Below the pieces are notes generated by a model. The model was not told the DNA's origin. It did no database searches and saw only the letters and a program-made list of their open reading frames with translations. The translations under genes were made by a program, and so were the position numbers. Below are positions 62,801-64,000 of a DNA stretch of 64,000 nt, piece by piece. The stretch is taken from the IMG/VR virus record IMGVR_UViG_3300033153_007754, positions 64,001-128,000 of that record. The stretch is one strand, 5' to 3'. Within the stretch, counting starts at the first letter, position 1, and the number at the start of each line of letters is the position of its first letter. The DNA is from a virus.

Positions 62801-62959
62801 GAATTGGAATATTTTACCCTCAATTTTTTCAAAATTATCATCTAATATTTTTTTTGGGTTAAAATCGGTAAAGAAATCATTAAATTGGTCGTAATCATCC
62901 AAATTAACCATTTCAAATAAAAATTCATTATTATGCTTCATTATCATTTCCCTCATCAA
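59807..62959 (-). CDS. Large multidomain protein, possibly virion-internal
   Basis: Acidic N-terminus, small GTWMWVSGDTY...GFRW...AWY domain, Pro-rich linker; late operon. Confidence 0.5.
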   Translation of the reverse strand: MMREMIMKHNNEFLFEMVNLDDYDQFNDFFTDFNPKKILDDNFEKIEGKIFQFMGGKLPETELNVLYTNLNDYLTQDEVYDYFAMLSLSDVSVTPENVENVGKFLQIHMENIGDSNIDKFYRDITYSDLFFNTLKAQKKLLKDSFPDANIYNSLFKSDIENWKVEAPIEDTEEVVITDVPDANIDASGLNTDELSQKQWEAYKGLKNLDGLEIKLDGTWMWVSGDTYKHKNKIKSFGFRWGGKRKAWYLVDKTPRIVEPEEDIAKELETPVKPIEPVTVTQPSEPEIKAPSPATIPTPSTPLDTPEKADDVELKSVDNKGHLLDTYSFGYLIQMFENPFDDEVRKVEEIKELLMKDINQLAVVLNRLVTYGIQEWGDYHVLPNAKKFVDKANDKGWFGDTHISLANILLNGVKNGLVDLRTIVQATNIAEMFFHKNSSIMDWNDMHVFSKFKKYFRKINSETGDLFDRISDSTRLSDDVYPYLKFFRKKSNDFKTYLAAFSHIGFGDFLTKHVLPNITEKNYKEYIEFAYENSNDMGALFGIGLYPFIDLRYDDVIKTGRKYGFDKLDKKVGFTSQYRNKMLSNGLRNFVVSQPHVAKYVLMGKNAGLIDSNFAEMIIEVSDLYFDVDEKQEIIMILLGSISDDKGVEIFDASFMDTVDKYHPADAFDESYGIFSGNNKLADKFIKKHDLAIRSDNNFLHVFDFQRIRKDLIKNSVISQKEGTLFFEKFLKMLIDNIVRHNNSVVEHEGALKRDYRFSSLITGLYKGATKIAIFNALKYWYKKDENFYDEIGPYIRNSTFSPTENLVTDIESKIVVSMGEEGTDFIIDGILDEVKGVKNKITNKSDIVTLIGDLSDLNGTWRDGKSKTGKGFPFVFDSRDGTISQYDYPVTEINKTYSLNFMANEGDYDNFEPISGENVLSVNMLLKRAKKTDANLYNLSFTMFVNDEKTILKANKLPLHKVLSYMEPILEFVYGAELSEIEDLGIGKRDKFIRMIEQMFYFYLNNGKKETDKGNYLVKRKFDFKYINPDENTLNRTDYNVVIDTVEKFK

Positions 62960-63938
62960 TAATTTCTTTATAGTCTTTTAAAAATTCTTTTAAATAATAT
63001 CTATCATTTTCCTTTAATTTAATACTTAAATCTTGCACTATACTACTACTATCATAGAAAAACTGTCTACCTTCAGGGGATTTATTAAGTCTTACATTCT
63101 CTATTTTCATTAAATTATAATTCATAATTAATACATCATTTACATATACTTTTGCTTTAACAGACAAAGGGTATTCTATTCCATGTGTACTTCTATCATC
63201 AGGATAAGAATACATTTGAAATTTACTTAATATTTTTTTTACTATTTCGATTTCTTTTGTTGTTGTTGGAATCAACCTAAAATCAAATTCAGGTTCCCTT
63301 CTCGCAATATCATTAAATTTCAAATAATCAGAATCGATTTTTGGATTTATACCTTTAAAAGATTTCAACATTTCATGTGCATCAGCCAGTTTACCAGCAA
63401 CCGAACCAATGGCTTTACCAACTTTAGGTATTAAATTAAATAAATTAGATTTCGCCAATTTCTTCATTCCAATATCTTTTAATAAGTCTTCTTTTTTCAT
63501 TAAAACATCAATCAAACCTTCATTTTCAGTTTTATTTTTTAATAAATTTGCAACCATCCCTATTAAACCAGCATCTTCAACACTCCAATCTAAATCGATA
63601 CTATTTATAATTTCCATATCAACAGGAAAAAACAATAAAATCCTATCATAAATTTCAATTTTTGGTATAAATATTTCTTTAATAATATCTTTATTTTTGG
63701 TGTTTTTTTTGATTACTTCTTGACCACAACTTTCATAGTTAGCTTTTTTATTAGGATTCGTTTTAGTAACAAATTTAACAGCTTCAAGACCTAGTTCTTT
63801 TAAACTATCAATGCTTACTTTTTTTTCAGAAACATTTTTATAAAAAGTAAATTCAATATAAGTTCCACCATCACTAACATTCTCAGGAAATTCCAGTAAC
63901 GTTTTATCTTTGATTTTTTCAGGTTGTTTTTTCGCCAT
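62931..63938 (-). CDS. Baseplate tail-tube cap, gp48-like
   Basis: FPEN, F..I.RR...F.F.LIP....E...V..I...F....YP, L.LKE. Confidence 0.8.
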   Translation of the reverse strand: MAKKQPEKIKDKTLLEFPENVSDGGTYIEFTFYKNVSEKKVSIDSLKELGLEAVKFVTKTNPNKKANYESCGQEVIKKNTKNKDIIKEIFIPKIEIYDRILLFFPVDMEIINSIDLDWSVEDAGLIGMVANLLKNKTENEGLIDVLMKKEDLLKDIGMKKLAKSNLFNLIPKVGKAIGSVAGKLADAHEMLKSFKGINPKIDSDYLKFNDIARREPEFDFRLIPTTTKEIEIVKKILSKFQMYSYPDDRSTHGIEYPLSVKAKVYVNDVLIMNYNLMKIENVRLNKSPEGRQFFYDSSSIVQDLSIKLKENDRYYLKEFLKDYKEIIDEGNDNEA

Positions 63939-64000
63939 ACAATATAACCTTATTGCAATTAATAAAGTTATTTATGTTTTTTTTAGGGGATTGCTTTTTA

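Noticed and set aside
1-64000. Integrase, reverse transcriptase/DGR, tRNA or rRNA genes
   Set aside because: No supporting motifs seen; not checked computationally.

Overview
A 64-kb segment of a very AT-rich (about a quarter G+C by eye) lytic T4-like myovirus with gene order heavily scrambled relative to T4. Virion genes: gp6-, gp5-, gp48-, gp3-, gp13- and gp14-like proteins, tail sheath and tube, portal, TerL and major capsid. Replication genes: primase, helicase, gp32 SSB, gp44, gp45, a RuvC-like resolvase and a class II RNR with a mini-intein. Main points of interest: (1) a PolB split into two genes in permuted order, with unusual nascent-base-pair-pocket residues, next to a bacterial DnaN-type clamp and with a QueC-like gene in the window; (2) six early promoter + covarying stem-loop cassettes, one driving a Csx20-like putative ring nuclease (candidate anti-type III CRISPR gene); (3) a candidate ~95-nt sRNA complementary to the ribosome-binding sites of several of those cassette genes; (4) a stand-alone LeuRS C-terminal domain; (5) a degenerate TerL ATPase paralog; (6) 15-bp iteron-like repeats before an initiator-like gene; (7) apparent strong GATC avoidance. 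All family calls come from motif recognition by eye; no searches were run.
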